Notes: generated by a model from the sequence alone, not told the origin. Shown: positions 9,698 to 18,948, counted from the first letter of the stretch. The stretch: DNA of 64,000 nt from Candidatus Pyrohabitans jungbluthii (GCA_002010065.2 MTMD02000002.1:224001-288000), one strand, 5' to 3'. Translations and numbers: made by a program.

Positions 9698-10451
9698 GGT
9701 AATAGTGGTGGCCTCCGGTAAAGGTGGAGTGGGTAAAACCACGATAGCCGCGAATTTGGCGGTAGCGTTGAGCATGTTCGGGAAGCGCGTAGCCGTGCTT
9801 GACGCAGATGTGGTGATGGCAAACTTGGAGATAATTCTCGGGCTTAAAAATCCGCCGGTTGCGCTTATAGACGTGTTGAAGGGGAGGCTGGAAATCAGCG
9901 ATGTTATGTATGAAGGACCTGAAGGGGTTAAGATAATCCCTGCCGGCATAACCCTTGATGGCTTCAACGAAGAGAACATGGAGATGCTCAAGGCAGCGTT
10001 GCGCGAGATACCCAGGGACATAGAGATACTGGTGATAGACGCCCCCGCGGGTAGAGACGCTGCCATGGTCATGGACGAAGGGCAGGAGGTCATAATAGTA
10101 ACCACGCCTCAGGTTTCAAGCGTCTCCGACGCGCTCAAGATGAAGCTCCTGGCAGAACGTATGGGTGCGCGTACCATAGGGGCAATAATGAACATGGTCG
10201 AGGGCAAGCCTCGGGAACTCAGCGTGCAGGAGATTGAGAACACCCTGGATACAAACGTCATAGCAATTGTACCAGAGGACGAGGTGGTAAAGGAGGCTCT
10301 TGCCTATGAGGAACCCTTTGTGCTCAGGTACCCCTACTCTGAGCCGACGAGGGAGATAATGAAACTTGCCGCAGGTTTAATAGGTAGAAACTACTCGCCT
10401 CCGCAGCCCTCGCTGCTGGAGAGGCTAATAAACTTCCTGAGAAGGCGTTAG
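9690..10451 (+). CDS. minD: Archaeal MinD-family ATPase
   Basis: Deviant Walker [26 protein letters not shown]-terminal amphipathic helix. Confidence 0.88.
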   Translation: MTRVIVVASGKGGVGKTTIAANLAVALSMFGKRVAVLDADVVMANLEIILGLKNPPVALIDVLKGRLEISDVMYEGPEGVKIIPAGITLDGFNEENMEMLKAALREIPRDIEILVIDAPAGRDAAMVMDEGQEVIIVTTPQVSSVSDALKMKLLAERMGARTIGAIMNMVEGKPRELSVQEIENTLDTNVIAIVPEDEVVKEALAYEEPFVLRYPYSEPTREIMKLAAGLIGRNYSPPQPSLLERLINFLRRR

Positions 10452-10636
10452 CTTCCCTTCTCCTTTATCTTCAGCAACCTGCTCTTTAACTTATTGAGCT
10501 CCTCCTGTGAGAGTTGCACCCCACCTTTAATCTCTCTGATTTCCTCTTTGAGATATTTAACCCTGAAAAGGAGCAGTACGTTGAATATAACACTTATAAA
10601 AAGCAGAATGTAGATTACAAGATAAATCCCCATCAA
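10448..10636 (-). CDS. Small single-TM coiled-coil membrane protein
   Basis: N-terminal hydrophobic helix plus charged heptad tail; overlaps the stop of the upstream minD (translational coupling). Confidence 0.7.
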   Translation of the reverse strand: MMGIYLVIYILLFISVIFNVLLLFRVKYLKEEIREIKGGVQLSQEELNKLKSRLLKIKEKGS

Positions 10637-11412
10637 ACTCCCCCAAAGAGACCGTTTATCAGGCGCTTCATGAAACTCCTCTTCTTGGGAGTAGGAGGTA
10701 CGTACTTTTCTCCAATTAAATCTGCCGCAAGCTTCTTTATAGCAATCGACGCAGGTGAATCTGGTCTTCGAAGGATTACCGGCTGACCATAGGCGGTGCT
10801 TCTTCTCACCTCGGTGTCTTCCGGAATAGCTGCCAGCACGCGGGTCTCAAGTATCACCTCCACCTCCTGTAATGTCAGGTCGCTCCTGTCAAAGCCCACG
10901 CGGTTGAGCACCGCGCCGAGCACATTGCAACCCAGCTTTTTTGCAACTATCCTAGTCTTGAGAGCATCGCTCATGGAGGAAATCTCGGGGTTGGCTACCA
11001 GCAGGAGTTGCTCTCCCGCAGCAAGGGCTGTGACCACGGGCCTACCAAGCCCTGCAGGAGCATCTATAAGGAGGATTTCTGTTTCGCCCAGAACCTTGGT
11101 GAGCACAGCCTCAAGCCTCTCGGGGTCTGCCTTGCGCAGCCCGTCTAAGCTTATGCCTGCAGGCACAACTTTAACACCTGCCGGCCCCTCGTAAATCGCC
11201 TGAGAAACATCCGCTTCCCCTGCAAGCACGTCATGGAGGGTGACATTCATTCCCTCCATGCCAAGATGGAGTTCAAGATTCGCCATCTCTATATCGGCAT
11301 CTAAAATGGTCACATCCCTGCCAAACTGGGCAAGGGCAATGCCAAGGTTGCTCGTAAGCATTGTCTTTCCAACGCCGCCTTTTCCTGAGGCTATGGTAAT
11401 AGAAACTCCCAT
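10633..11412 (-). CDS. minD: Archaeal cell division ATPase MinD
   Basis: [27 protein letters not shown]-terminal [12 protein letters not shown] membrane-targeting helix. Confidence 0.92.
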   Translation of the reverse strand: MGVSITIASGKGGVGKTMLTSNLGIALAQFGRDVTILDADIEMANLELHLGMEGMNVTLHDVLAGEADVSQAIYEGPAGVKVVPAGISLDGLRKADPERLEAVLTKVLGETEILLIDAPAGLGRPVVTALAAGEQLLLVANPEISSMSDALKTRIVAKKLGCNVLGAVLNRVGFDRSDLTLQEVEVILETRVLAAIPEDTEVRRSTAYGQPVILRRPDSPASIAIKKLAADLIGEKYVPPTPKKRSFMKRLINGLFGGV

Positions 11413-11487
11413 ATAAGCATCAACCTTCTTAGATTATATTCTATTACCTTTGCATACTTTTAAAAAGTTTTCCTAAGAAACCATTAT

Positions 11488-12351
11488 TTACCGGAGCACC
11501 TCCTTCAGAAGTTCCGGAATCTCCTGGGGAATCCTCGCCACCCTAGCTCCACTCTTCTCAAGTGCCTGAATCTTGCCTTCGGCGGTGCCTTTGCCTCTAG
11601 AGATTATTGCCCCTGCATGCCCCATGCGCTTTCCAGGTGGTGCTGTTAGGCCCGCGACGTAGCCAATGACTGGCTTGCTCATAGTCTTTATAAACTCAGC
11701 GGCGCGTTCCTCGGCGTCGCCACCAATTTCACCTATCAGCACGACGGCGCTGGTTTCCTCATCCTCCTCAAACATCTGTAGGACTTCCACAAAGCTGGTA
11801 CCCACGACTGGGTCGCCGCCTATACCCACGAGGGTGCTCTGCCCATAACCGGCTTCGGTTATCGCGAGGGCTATTTCATAAGCTAAGGTACCGCTGCGCG
11901 AGACCACGCCCACGTTTCCTTGCGTGAACACCTGCGCTGGCATTATGCCCAGCTTGCTTTTCCCTGGCGAAATTATGCCTGCGGTGTTTGGGCCAATAAC
12001 GCGGCTTCCGCAGCGCTCCGCGTAAGCTTTGATCTTCATTGAATCGTGCACTGGTATGCCCTCGGTAATTATCACCACAAGCTCCAGGTTTTCAACCGCC
12101 TCAAGAGCGGCGTCCATAGCAAAGGGCGCAGGAACGAAGATTATTGAAGCGTTGGCGTCATGGTGGCGAAGCGCCTCCTTCACAGAGTCGTATACGGGCA
12201 CACCATGGACCTCGCTACCCCCTTTGCCGGGGGTTACCCCTGCGACTATCTTGGTGCCGTATTCCAGCATCAGCTTTGTGTGGAAGCTCCCCTGCGAGCC
12301 TGTAATCCCCTGCACTATAGCTCGAGTGTTTTCATCGATGAGGATGCTCAC
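11488..12351 (-). CDS. sucD: Succinyl-CoA ligase alpha subunit
   Basis: [33 protein letters not shown] (phospho-His). Confidence 0.96.
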   Translation of the reverse strand: MSILIDENTRAIVQGITGSQGSFHTKLMLEYGTKIVAGVTPGKGGSEVHGVPVYDSVKEALRHHDANASIIFVPAPFAMDAALEAVENLELVVIITEGIPVHDSMKIKAYAERCGSRVIGPNTAGIISPGKSKLGIMPAQVFTQGNVGVVSRSGTLAYEIALAITEAGYGQSTLVGIGGDPVVGTSFVEVLQMFEEDEETSAVVLIGEIGGDAEERAAEFIKTMSKPVIGYVAGLTAPPGKRMGHAGAIISRGKGTAEGKIQALEKSGARVARIPQEIPELLKEVLR

Positions 12352-13436
12352 CTTCCCGCCTCCTTGCTCTTCTCAATCGCCAGCTTTGCGGCGGCGATCA
12401 TATCCCTCTCAACCCCTATTCCAGCGTCGCGTAGCAGCGCTATGCCTTCCTCTTCGTTTGTTCCGCGGAAGCGCACCACAAGCGGCAAGGCAATGCCCTG
12501 CCTCGCTGCAAGAATGCCTCTCGCAATCTCGTCACAGCGGGTGATGCCGCCCAAGATGTTTATGAATATCACCTTAACCTTGGGGTGTGCCGCCACCCTC
12601 AGCAAAGCTTCTCGCATTACCTCGCTTCCGGCTCCACCTCCTATGTCTAGGAAGTTTGCCGGCTCTCCCCCGAGGTGCTTGAGCGTGTCCATCGTAGACA
12701 TCGCCAGTCCAGCGCCATTAACTATACACCCTATGCTCCCATCGAGCTCCACGTAGGGCAAACCCCGAGCTTTCTTCTCAAAATCCTGCCTGAAGAGTGC
12801 ATCCTCGTCTATAACAATCTTGGCGTCTGCTGCAAACACACCTTCTTCAGCTATAACTAAGGGGTTAATCTCCGCCAGCTGGGCGTCTTTCTCAGAAAAG
12901 ACGCGGTAGAGCTTTAAAAGCACATCGCTTACCTTCTTAAAGCTCTCTGAGTCCAAGCCAAGCCCAGAAGCAAGCTCCCGAGCCATGTATGGATAAAACC
13001 CCACAAAGGAGTCAACGTGACGGGAGAATATCTTCTCAGGCGAGCGCTCTGCTACCTCCTCTATATCAACGCCTCCCTCGCCGCTCACCATGAAAACCGC
13101 CTTGCCCTCTGCCCTATCGATGGTTATCCCCGCGTATATCTCCCTGCGGATGCCCAGCTTCTGCTCCACCAGCACCTTTTCAACCTTGAAGCCCTTGAGC
13201 TTCATGGAGAGCAGATCTTTTGCCAGCCTGGCAGCCTCCTTAGGGGTATCTGCAAACTTTACCCCGCCTGCCTTTCCTCTACCTCCAGCGAGCACCTGAG
13301 CCTTGAGTACCACGCTTGTGCCCAGCTTCTCTGCTATCCTCCTGGCTTCCTCTGGCGAGGAGGCAACCTCACCTCGTGGCACGGGTATGCCATAGCGCGC
13401 AAAAATTTCCTTTCCCTGATATTCATAGAGGTTCAT
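12348..13436 (-). CDS. sucC: Succinyl-CoA ligase beta subunit
   Basis: [45 protein letters not shown]. Confidence 0.96.
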   Translation of the reverse strand: MNLYEYQGKEIFARYGIPVPRGEVASSPEEARRIAEKLGTSVVLKAQVLAGGRGKAGGVKFADTPKEAARLAKDLLSMKLKGFKVEKVLVEQKLGIRREIYAGITIDRAEGKAVFMVSGEGGVDIEEVAERSPEKIFSRHVDSFVGFYPYMARELASGLGLDSESFKKVSDVLLKLYRVFSEKDAQLAEINPLVIAEEGVFAADAKIVIDEDALFRQDFEKKARGLPYVELDGSIGCIVNGAGLAMSTMDTLKHLGGEPANFLDIGGGAGSEVMREALLRVAAHPKVKVIFINILGGITRCDEIARGILAARQGIALPLVVRFRGTNEEEGIALLRDAGIGVERDMIAAAKLAIEKSKEAGR

Positions 13437-13543
13437 AGCCCAGCCTCGCTCATAGTAATCGCAAAGGAAATATAAAAATATTCTCCGATAGTTTTTATAA
13501 CTTATAGTTTTTATTTATAACTTGAGGAGGAAAGTAGAGGAGG

Positions 13544-14080
13544 ATGAAGAACCTGCGTCCTAGCTGGGAGGCTGCAAACCTGTATTCAGGTCAGCGCGTC
13601 GGCATCTTTGTTGATGTGCAGAACCTGTACTACTCCGCGAGGGCACTCTACGGCTCCAAGGTCAACTTTAAGGAGATTCTCAGGGAGGCGGTGCGGGGCA
13701 GGAGCTTAATAAGGGCGATAGCCTACGTGATACGCGCTGGAATAGAGGAGGAGCAGTCCTTCTTCGATGTGCTCCAGAACATGGGTTATGAGGTCAAGGC
13801 TAAGGACCTGCAGGTATTTCCGGGAGGTCACAAGAAGGGCGATTGGGACATAGGAATAGCTATGGATGCAATAGAGCTTGCACCGAAGCTGGACGTGATT
13901 GTTCTTGTAAGCGGCGATGGCGATTTTACCCCGCTGGTGGAGCACCTGCGCCGCGCCCTTGGGTGTCGAGTTGAGGTCATGGCCTTTGGCAGAAGCTGCT
14001 CCTCCAAGCTAATTCAAGCGGCAGACGAGTTCATTGATTTAGACCGCGAGCCTGAGAGGTTCCTGCTGGGGAGGCCCTGA
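13544..14080 (+). CDS. NYN domain (LabA/DUF88) protein
   Basis: FVDVQNLY, KGDWDIGIAMD, LVSGDGDF, LIQAADEFID. Confidence 0.9.
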   Translation: MKNLRPSWEAANLYSGQRVGIFVDVQNLYYSARALYGSKVNFKEILREAVRGRSLIRAIAYVIRAGIEEEQSFFDVLQNMGYEVKAKDLQVFPGGHKKGDWDIGIAMDAIELAPKLDVIVLVSGDGDFTPLVEHLRRALGCRVEVMAFGRSCSSKLIQAADEFIDLDREPERFLLGRP

Positions 14081-14122
14081 AAAGCGAGAAACCTTTATAT
14101 CGCTATGCAGAGAGTATCCCTC

Positions 14123-15676
14123 ATGCGCATGTGGAACAGCAAGAAGCTCGCGAAGCTTGCCAGAAAGGACTTTGAAAAAGCATGGGAAGAGACGGCGAAG
14201 CTTATTCCTCAGCAAGGTGTGGGTGCCACCTACGAGGGTGTTGCTAGGGGGAAGCCCCACATACTCTTCGAGACGATTCAGAAGCTGCGTGAAGCCTACC
14301 TCAGCCTCGGGTTTGAGGAGGTGGTCAACCCCATATTCATTGAAGATAAGGAGGTCAAGCGCCAGTTTGGGCCAGAGGCTCTTGCAGTGCTCGATCGCTG
14401 CTTTTACCTCGCAGGTTTGCCCCGCCCTGATGTAGGGCTTAGCGAGGAGAAGCTTTCAAAGCTCCGCTCGCTTGGGGTTGAGGTGGAGGATAAGGAGAAG
14501 CTTCAGCAGCTGCTGCACGGCTACAAGAAGGGCGAGTTCGGGGGAGACGATTTAATATACAAGCTTTCCAGTGCCCTGGGCATAGACGACGCCCTTGCTA
14601 CTAAAGTACTGGAGGAGGTTTTCCCAGAGTTTAAGGAGCTCAAACCAGAGGCGACGACGCTCACGCTGCGCAGCCACATGACCAGCGGGTGGTTTTTAAC
14701 CCTTGCTTCCCTTTACGGCAGGCGAAAGCTGCCCTTAAAGCTCTTCTCAATAGATAGGTGCTTCCGCAGGGAGCAACAGGAGGATAAGACCCACCTGAGG
14801 AGCCATTTCTCTGCAAGCTGCGTTGTTATGGGCGAGAAGGTGAGCGTTGACGACGGTAAAGCCGTGGCTAAAGCTCTGCTCTCCCGCTTCGGCTTCACAG
14901 AGTTTGAGTTTCGTCCCGACGAGAAGCGCTCCAAGTACTACACCCCGGGCACGCAGACAGAGGTGTACGCTTACCACCCCAAGGTGGGCTGGGTGGAGAT
15001 AGCCACCTTCGGCATCTACTCGCCAGTGGCGCTTTCCCGCTACAAGATAGAAGTTCCTGTGATGAATTTGGGCATGGGCGTGGAGCGCCTTGCCATGGTT
15101 CTCTCAGGCAGTAGCGATGTGCGCGAGCTGGTGTATCCCCAGTTCTACGCAGAGTGGCACCTGAGCGATGAAGAGCTTGCGGATATGATTTACGTAAAGC
15201 GCACACCGGGGAGCGAGGAAGGGGAAAAACTTGCGAAGGCAATCGCTATGATAGCGCGGGAGAAGGCAGCCTCGCCATCGCCGTGCGAATTCGTCGCCTA
15301 TGAAGGCGAGTTGCTTGGTAGGCATGTCAAGGTGAAGCTGGTGGAACGAGAGGAGAACACAAAGCTCCTCGGTCCTGCGGCGCTGAACAAGGTGGTTGTA
15401 GCCGAGGGAAATATACTGGGAGTGCCTCCTGAGGAGGAAAAGGGTGTGGAGAGGATAACCTACCTGCAAGCAATTGCTCTTCTCGCGGCTGCGAAGATTG
15501 AAGAGGCGGCGAAGGCGGGAAAGCGCTTCGCCAGGGTGCGCGTGGGGATGGCAAAGAGCCTAGGGGACATAAACCTAACTCTGGACGAAGTCGCCAGGCG
15601 GTACATCACCTCAAAGGAAAAGCGCATCGAGGTGGGCGGACCAGTGTTCATGACCATAGAGGCAAGCTTTGAGTAG
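14123..15676 (+). CDS. sepS: O-phosphoserine--tRNA(Cys) ligase (SepRS)
   Basis: QFGPEALAVLDRCFYLAGLPRPDVG, LRSHMTSGWF, FSIDRCFRREQ, VMNLGMGVERLAM. TATA about 25 nt upstream of the chosen start. Confidence 0.95.
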   Translation: MRMWNSKKLAKLARKDFEKAWEETAKLIPQQGVGATYEGVARGKPHILFETIQKLREAYLSLGFEEVVNPIFIEDKEVKRQFGPEALAVLDRCFYLAGLPRPDVGLSEEKLSKLRSLGVEVEDKEKLQQLLHGYKKGEFGGDDLIYKLSSALGIDDALATKVLEEVFPEFKELKPEATTLTLRSHMTSGWFLTLASLYGRRKLPLKLFSIDRCFRREQQEDKTHLRSHFSASCVVMGEKVSVDDGKAVAKALLSRFGFTEFEFRPDEKRSKYYTPGTQTEVYAYHPKVGWVEIATFGIYSPVALSRYKIEVPVMNLGMGVERLAMVLSGSSDVRELVYPQFYAEWHLSDEELADMIYVKRTPGSEEGEKLAKAIAMIAREKAASPSPCEFVAYEGELLGRHVKVKLVEREENTKLLGPAALNKVVVAEGNILGVPPEEEKGVERITYLQAIALLAAAKIEEAAKAGKRFARVRVGMAKSLGDINLTLDEVARRYITSKEKRIEVGGPVFMTIEASFE

Positions 15677-15730
15677 TGTTACCTAATTCCGGTGAAGTGG
15701 TTATAACCGTCTACCTGGCTTTTGCCAAGC

Positions 15731-15828
15731 GGCGCCCTTCTCTGGGTTCGGATAGGGTAATCGGGGCGAGCACGGCGCCTCCTATATCGGCACGGAAGGG
15801 GTAATAGGGGCGGGGAAGGCGCCCCTAT
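15731..15828 (+). repeat. Dispersed intergenic repeat, module A (about 2.5 tandem ~40 bp hairpin units)
   Basis: 15794-15828 is the exact reverse complement of 24505-24539. 15745-15828 aligns with 32600-32679 in reverse complement. Confidence 0.9.
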
Positions 15829-15851
15829 GGTTCCTATCTAGATGACGCTTG

Positions 15852-15899
15852 AATCTATGGTGGCAGGAGGTCTCGCAACTCTCTGCGAGAGTTGCTTCG
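15852..15899 (+). repeat. Dispersed intergenic repeat, module B
   Basis: 15852-15886 matches the reverse complement of 32720-32754 at 32/35 nt. Hairpin GCAACTCTC-TGC-GAGAGTTGC at 15875-15895. Confidence 0.85.
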
Positions 15900-15903
15900 A
15901 CTT

Positions 15904-15974
15904 CCCTCGCATACGCTCAGGAAGTAATAGTAACCCGCTGATGGTTACCCGGAAGCGAAGCTTCCGGCGTGACG
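15904..15974 (+). repeat. Dispersed intergenic repeat, module C
   Basis: 15936-15974 is the exact 39 nt reverse complement of 24567-24605. Contains the CCGGAAGC-GAA-GCTTCCGG hairpin. Confidence 0.9.
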
Positions 15975-16018
15975 TAGTTCCTATCATTTTGACTCGTTAA
16001 GCTTCTTTTAAATATCCT

Positions 16019-16333
16019 GCGGGCTAGGCCGGGGGGTTCGGCGTCCCCTGTAACCTGAAATCGTCGATATGCAGGGGCCGAAGCTCCGGGGGCGGAACGC
16101 TCAACCCCGCGTTTCAGCCCGCGGCACGGTGATGAAGCGTCGTCCCGTAGGACCGGTGGTTCCCCAGCGTGTCTCGGAGGAGACGCGTCAAGGGGATTTG
16201 CCCGCTGAACCCCGTCAGGCTCGGAAGAGAGCAGCGGTAGGCGGGACATGCGGTGCTTACGGGGGTGCGGCGCCAAGCTCGAGCCGCGGTCAACTGGCGC
16301 GGGTGAGAGGTTCCCACCCCGGGGCGTGCCCGC
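16019..16333 (+). ncRNA. ffs: Archaeal signal recognition particle RNA (7S RNA)
   Basis: 5' GCGGGCTAGGCCGGGGGGTTCGGCGTCCCCTGTAAC Alu-domain signature. Helix 8 TCAGGCTCGGAAGAGAGCAGC with GGAA tetraloop. 5' and 3' ends pair (GCGGGC/GCCCGC). T-tract follows. Confidence 0.96.
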
Positions 16334-16345
16334 TTTTTATTTATT
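16334..16345 (+). terminator. Oligo-T terminator of SRP RNA
   Basis: TTTTTATTTATT immediately after the 3' end. Confidence 0.6.
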
Positions 16346-16444
16346 GGTGATATCCTTTTTTTAATTTAAAAATTATTTGAAGACTTTTTGAATTAAAATT
16401 GAAAGCAAGGTTTATATTAAATGAGAACTAATAAAAAATTTTAT

Positions 16445-16834
16445 ATGGCGAGAATTCTCGTGGTTGACGACAACGAAGAGATAGCACACCTTGTGTCTAT
16501 CATATTAGCCCCTGAGGGTCATGAAGTTGAGGTTGCTCTGAGCGGGGAGGAATGTATTGAAAAACTAAAATCCTTTCGTCCAGACCTTATTTTAATGGAT
16601 TATTTCATGCCCGGCGGGGATGGGGTGAAGGTTTCAAAGTTAATAAAGAGTGATGAGAGGTTTAGAGATATCCCAATAATCCTCTTCACAATTATGAGCA
16701 TCGACGAAGGGTTGTATGAGGCTGTCGAAGAGGCTGGCGCAGTGGATTACATTCAGAAGCCCTTTAATATTAAAAAGATGGTGGGGAAAGTAAGGCGAGT
16801 GCTCTCAGCCACCGCCATGCTGCCTGCGGATTAG
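16445..16834 (+). CDS. Stand-alone response regulator receiver protein
   Basis: ILVVDD, PDLILMDYFMP (phospho-Asp), IILFT, YIQKPF. Confidence 0.92.
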   Translation: MARILVVDDNEEIAHLVSIILAPEGHEVEVALSGEECIEKLKSFRPDLILMDYFMPGGDGVKVSKLIKSDERFRDIPIILFTIMSIDEGLYEAVEEAGAVDYIQKPFNIKKMVGKVRRVLSATAMLPAD

Positions 16835-17643
16835 TATAGCATCCTCTCCTCTACCTCAGAAATTTTCCGCACGTACTCGATTTTTATGCCCTCAACCTCA
16901 ACGCTTTCGCTTCCAGCGGGCACGAGAACAACGCTTATCCCCGCATCTCTCGCAGCAATCGCCTTTTCTCTTATCTGTGCAACACTCCTAATTCTCCCAT
17001 CGCGTGTTATTCTGCCTGTGACAGCAACGCTCTGATTTATATTCTTCCCGAGCACGGCAGCTATTATTGAGATTGTCAGCGCAGCACCTGCGCTACTCCC
17101 GTAGAGATAGGTAGCTTCATCACCTGAGCTAATCCGGAATATTATGTCCTTATCGCTGAGGTTGACGCCGGTTCTGTCCTGTGCGACCTTTTTTGCCAGG
17201 AGCATTGTCTCCTGAATGGTGTTGTCCAGAATCACCTCCCCCTCTATTTCGTGGAGCACCCTCCCAGCGCCGTGTCTCACTTCAGTTTCCAGGAGAAGCA
17301 CTACGCCTGAGCCGTCTCTTACACCAAGAATGTAGGTTTTCGCGCTGCCGGTGCTGCGCAGCAGGTTCACCTCTTGCCTCAGCACCTGAATGCTATTGTT
17401 CAGAGCAGAAATTCTGTTTTCCGCTTCCTCCAGCCTTGCCTCAAGCTCAGCCTCTCTGACATCTCTCACAGCAAGTGATTCGGAAAGGTTTTTCTCAAGC
17501 AGGTGAATCTCCCGCTCGAGCATAGCAATCGTCTCAGCCTGAGCTTCAATTCTCTCGCCAGTTTTTACAATTGTATAGGCATCTATCAAATTAAGCAAGA
17601 GAAGAATAGAAAGCATGATATACAAAAACTTCTCCCGATTCAT
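16831..17643 (-). CDS. Membrane-anchored S16 (Lon-like) serine protease with coiled coil, no AAA+ domain
   Basis: N-terminal TM, coiled coil, GSSAGAA (Ser), VTGRI..G.I..V..IREKA (Lys). The longer ORF call would overlap the tRNA. Confidence 0.8.
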   Translation of the reverse strand: MNREKFLYIMLSILLLLNLIDAYTIVKTGERIEAQAETIAMLEREIHLLEKNLSESLAVRDVREAELEARLEEAENRISALNNSIQVLRQEVNLLRSTGSAKTYILGVRDGSGVVLLLETEVRHGAGRVLHEIEGEVILDNTIQETMLLAKKVAQDRTGVNLSDKDIIFRISSGDEATYLYGSSAGAALTISIIAAVLGKNINQSVAVTGRITRDGRIRSVAQIREKAIAARDAGISVVLVPAGSESVEVEGIKIEYVRKISEVEERMLY

Positions 17644-17691
17644 CTTATCCCCTGCAATAATAATAGTTAACCTCGATATGTTTTTGGCTAA

Positions 17692-17728
17692 GTTACCTGG
17701 AAGCCTCCGCTTCCGGCGTGACGAAGCG
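17692..17728 (+). repeat. Dispersed intergenic repeat, module C (variant loop)
   Basis: GTTACCTGGAAGC-CTCC-GCTTCCGGCGTGACGAAGCG. 17709-17728 is the exact reverse complement of 24562-24581. Confidence 0.8.
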
Positions 17729-17731
17729 TGA

Positions 17732-17814
17732 GTCGGGGTAGCCAAGCCTGGTATGGCGTCAGCCTGCTAAGCTGATGGGCTTTGCCCGCCGGGGTTCAAA
17801 TCCCCGCCCCGACG
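17732..17814 (+). tRNA. tRNA-Ser(GCT)
   Basis: Acceptor GTCGGGG/CCCCGAC, anticodon arm TCAGC-CT-GCT-AA-GCTGA, long variable arm GGGC-TTT-GCCC, TTCAAAT T-loop, G discriminator, no encoded CCA. Confidence 0.96.
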
Positions 17815-17907
17815 CTAATTCTTCTTCGCAAGAAAAGACGTCGACCTTAAAACATATTTGTATACGACCACGCAAAGATTATTGGAAACGTCGTTTTGAG
17901 CGGTATC

Positions 17908-18360
17908 TTATTCTGCATACCTCCCAAGCCGCCTCAGTTCTGCAAGCATCTCCCCTTGGTAACCCCTGCTCTCAAGCTTCCTTGCCACAGCAGCGGCTAT
18001 CTCCCCAGTAAGGCGGAGCTGCGATTCTACCCACGCTTCGCTTTCTGTTACGTTTATTCCGGCCTCTAAAAGCTCCTCCCGATTATCCTTTAGGAACTGC
18101 CTAAACTCGAGGAGATGATTCTCCATTGCACGCAAAACCTCAGTAAGCTCCGTAGCGTACTCTATGTACTCCTCCTCGTCTGCCTCCGCGTACTTTTCAT
18201 TTATGCGTCCAATTTCCTCCATATCATCGTATACCTTTGCGACATACTCGTCATGCTTCCATTTATAAATCGTAGGGTCCTCCCCGATACACGCAGAAAT
18301 CACAGTAAGCACAAGCAGAAAGCACAAAAGTTTTATGCCTCGAACCCAACTTTCTACCAT
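17908..18360 (-). CDS. Hypothetical helical lipoprotein
   Basis: Signal peptide ending in lipobox-like ISAC; acidic helical body. Confidence 0.65.
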   Translation of the reverse strand: MVESWVRGIKLLCFLLVLTVISACIGEDPTIYKWKHDEYVAKVYDDMEEIGRINEKYAEADEEEYIEYATELTEVLRAMENHLLEFRQFLKDNREELLEAGINVTESEAWVESQLRLTGEIAAAVARKLESRGYQGEMLAELRRLGRYAE

Positions 18361-18461
18361 GTCCTCCACCACGACAAGCTTCCTCGCTTTCTTTCTCGCC
18401 ACCGTAGCTACTTTCATCTTCTTTCTGCTGGTGATGAGGTGGCTGTTCAAGAGAGAAGAGT

Positions 18462-18863
18462 CTAAGTGAAGCTGTAGCTGCGCGGGTCTTCGCCTATACG
18501 CTCCGCCCTCACCAAATCGGTGGTGGTTATAATTCCCTCCAGCTTTTCCTCGCTCCCCACGAGAAGGCGCTTTATCGCGTGCGCCGCCATCTTCTTCGCG
18601 GCCTCCTTTAAGCTTGCGTCGCGGGAAATGAACTTTAAATCCCTGCTCATAACTTCCCGCACCTTCAGCTGGGGGGGGCGTTCCTCAGCTACGATTTTAT
18701 ACGCTAGGTCGCGCTCAGTGATTATGCCTATGGCTTTGCCCTCCTCCACCACCACGAGGGAGCCTATGTTGAATTTGCGCATTAGGCGAGCCGCCTCTGC
18801 AAGCGTTGCCTCGGGCGAGATTGTCCTTACGTGCGGGGTCATCGCCTCGGATACAGTTACCAT
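18462..18863 (-). CDS. CBS domain pair protein
   Basis: IGSLVVV..GIITERD, IKRLLV..GIITTTD. Confidence 0.92.
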   Translation of the reverse strand: MVTVSEAMTPHVRTISPEATLAEAARLMRKFNIGSLVVVEEGKAIGIITERDLAYKIVAEERPPQLKVREVMSRDLKFISRDASLKEAAKKMAAHAIKRLLVGSEEKLEGIITTTDLVRAERIGEDPRSYSFT

Positions 18864-18948
18864 GTTATCTACTTTGCCCCTCCTGTTATTTTAAACTTCC
18901 TTTCCGTTGTTGCTCTGCTGGGTAACTTTGCTTCTGTGAGGCTGAGCC

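Noticed and set aside
14123-15676. Calling the host a methanogen from sepS, mptA and the cbiA/cfbB-like gene
   Set aside because: No mcr, mtr or other methanogenesis genes are in the window, and these markers also occur in non-methanogenic archaea.
15917-16350. ORFs 15917-16276, 16069-16350 and 16114-16317
   Set aside because: They overlap the SRP RNA and repeat module C; GC-rich shadow frames with no protein motifs.
17644-17745. N-terminal extension of the Lon-like ORF
   Set aside because: It overlaps tRNA-Ser and the repeat; the true start is more plausibly MNREKF at 17643.
17732-17910. Integrated element at tRNA-Ser
   Set aside because: No integrase and no duplicated tRNA 3' end (att site) found by eye in the window.
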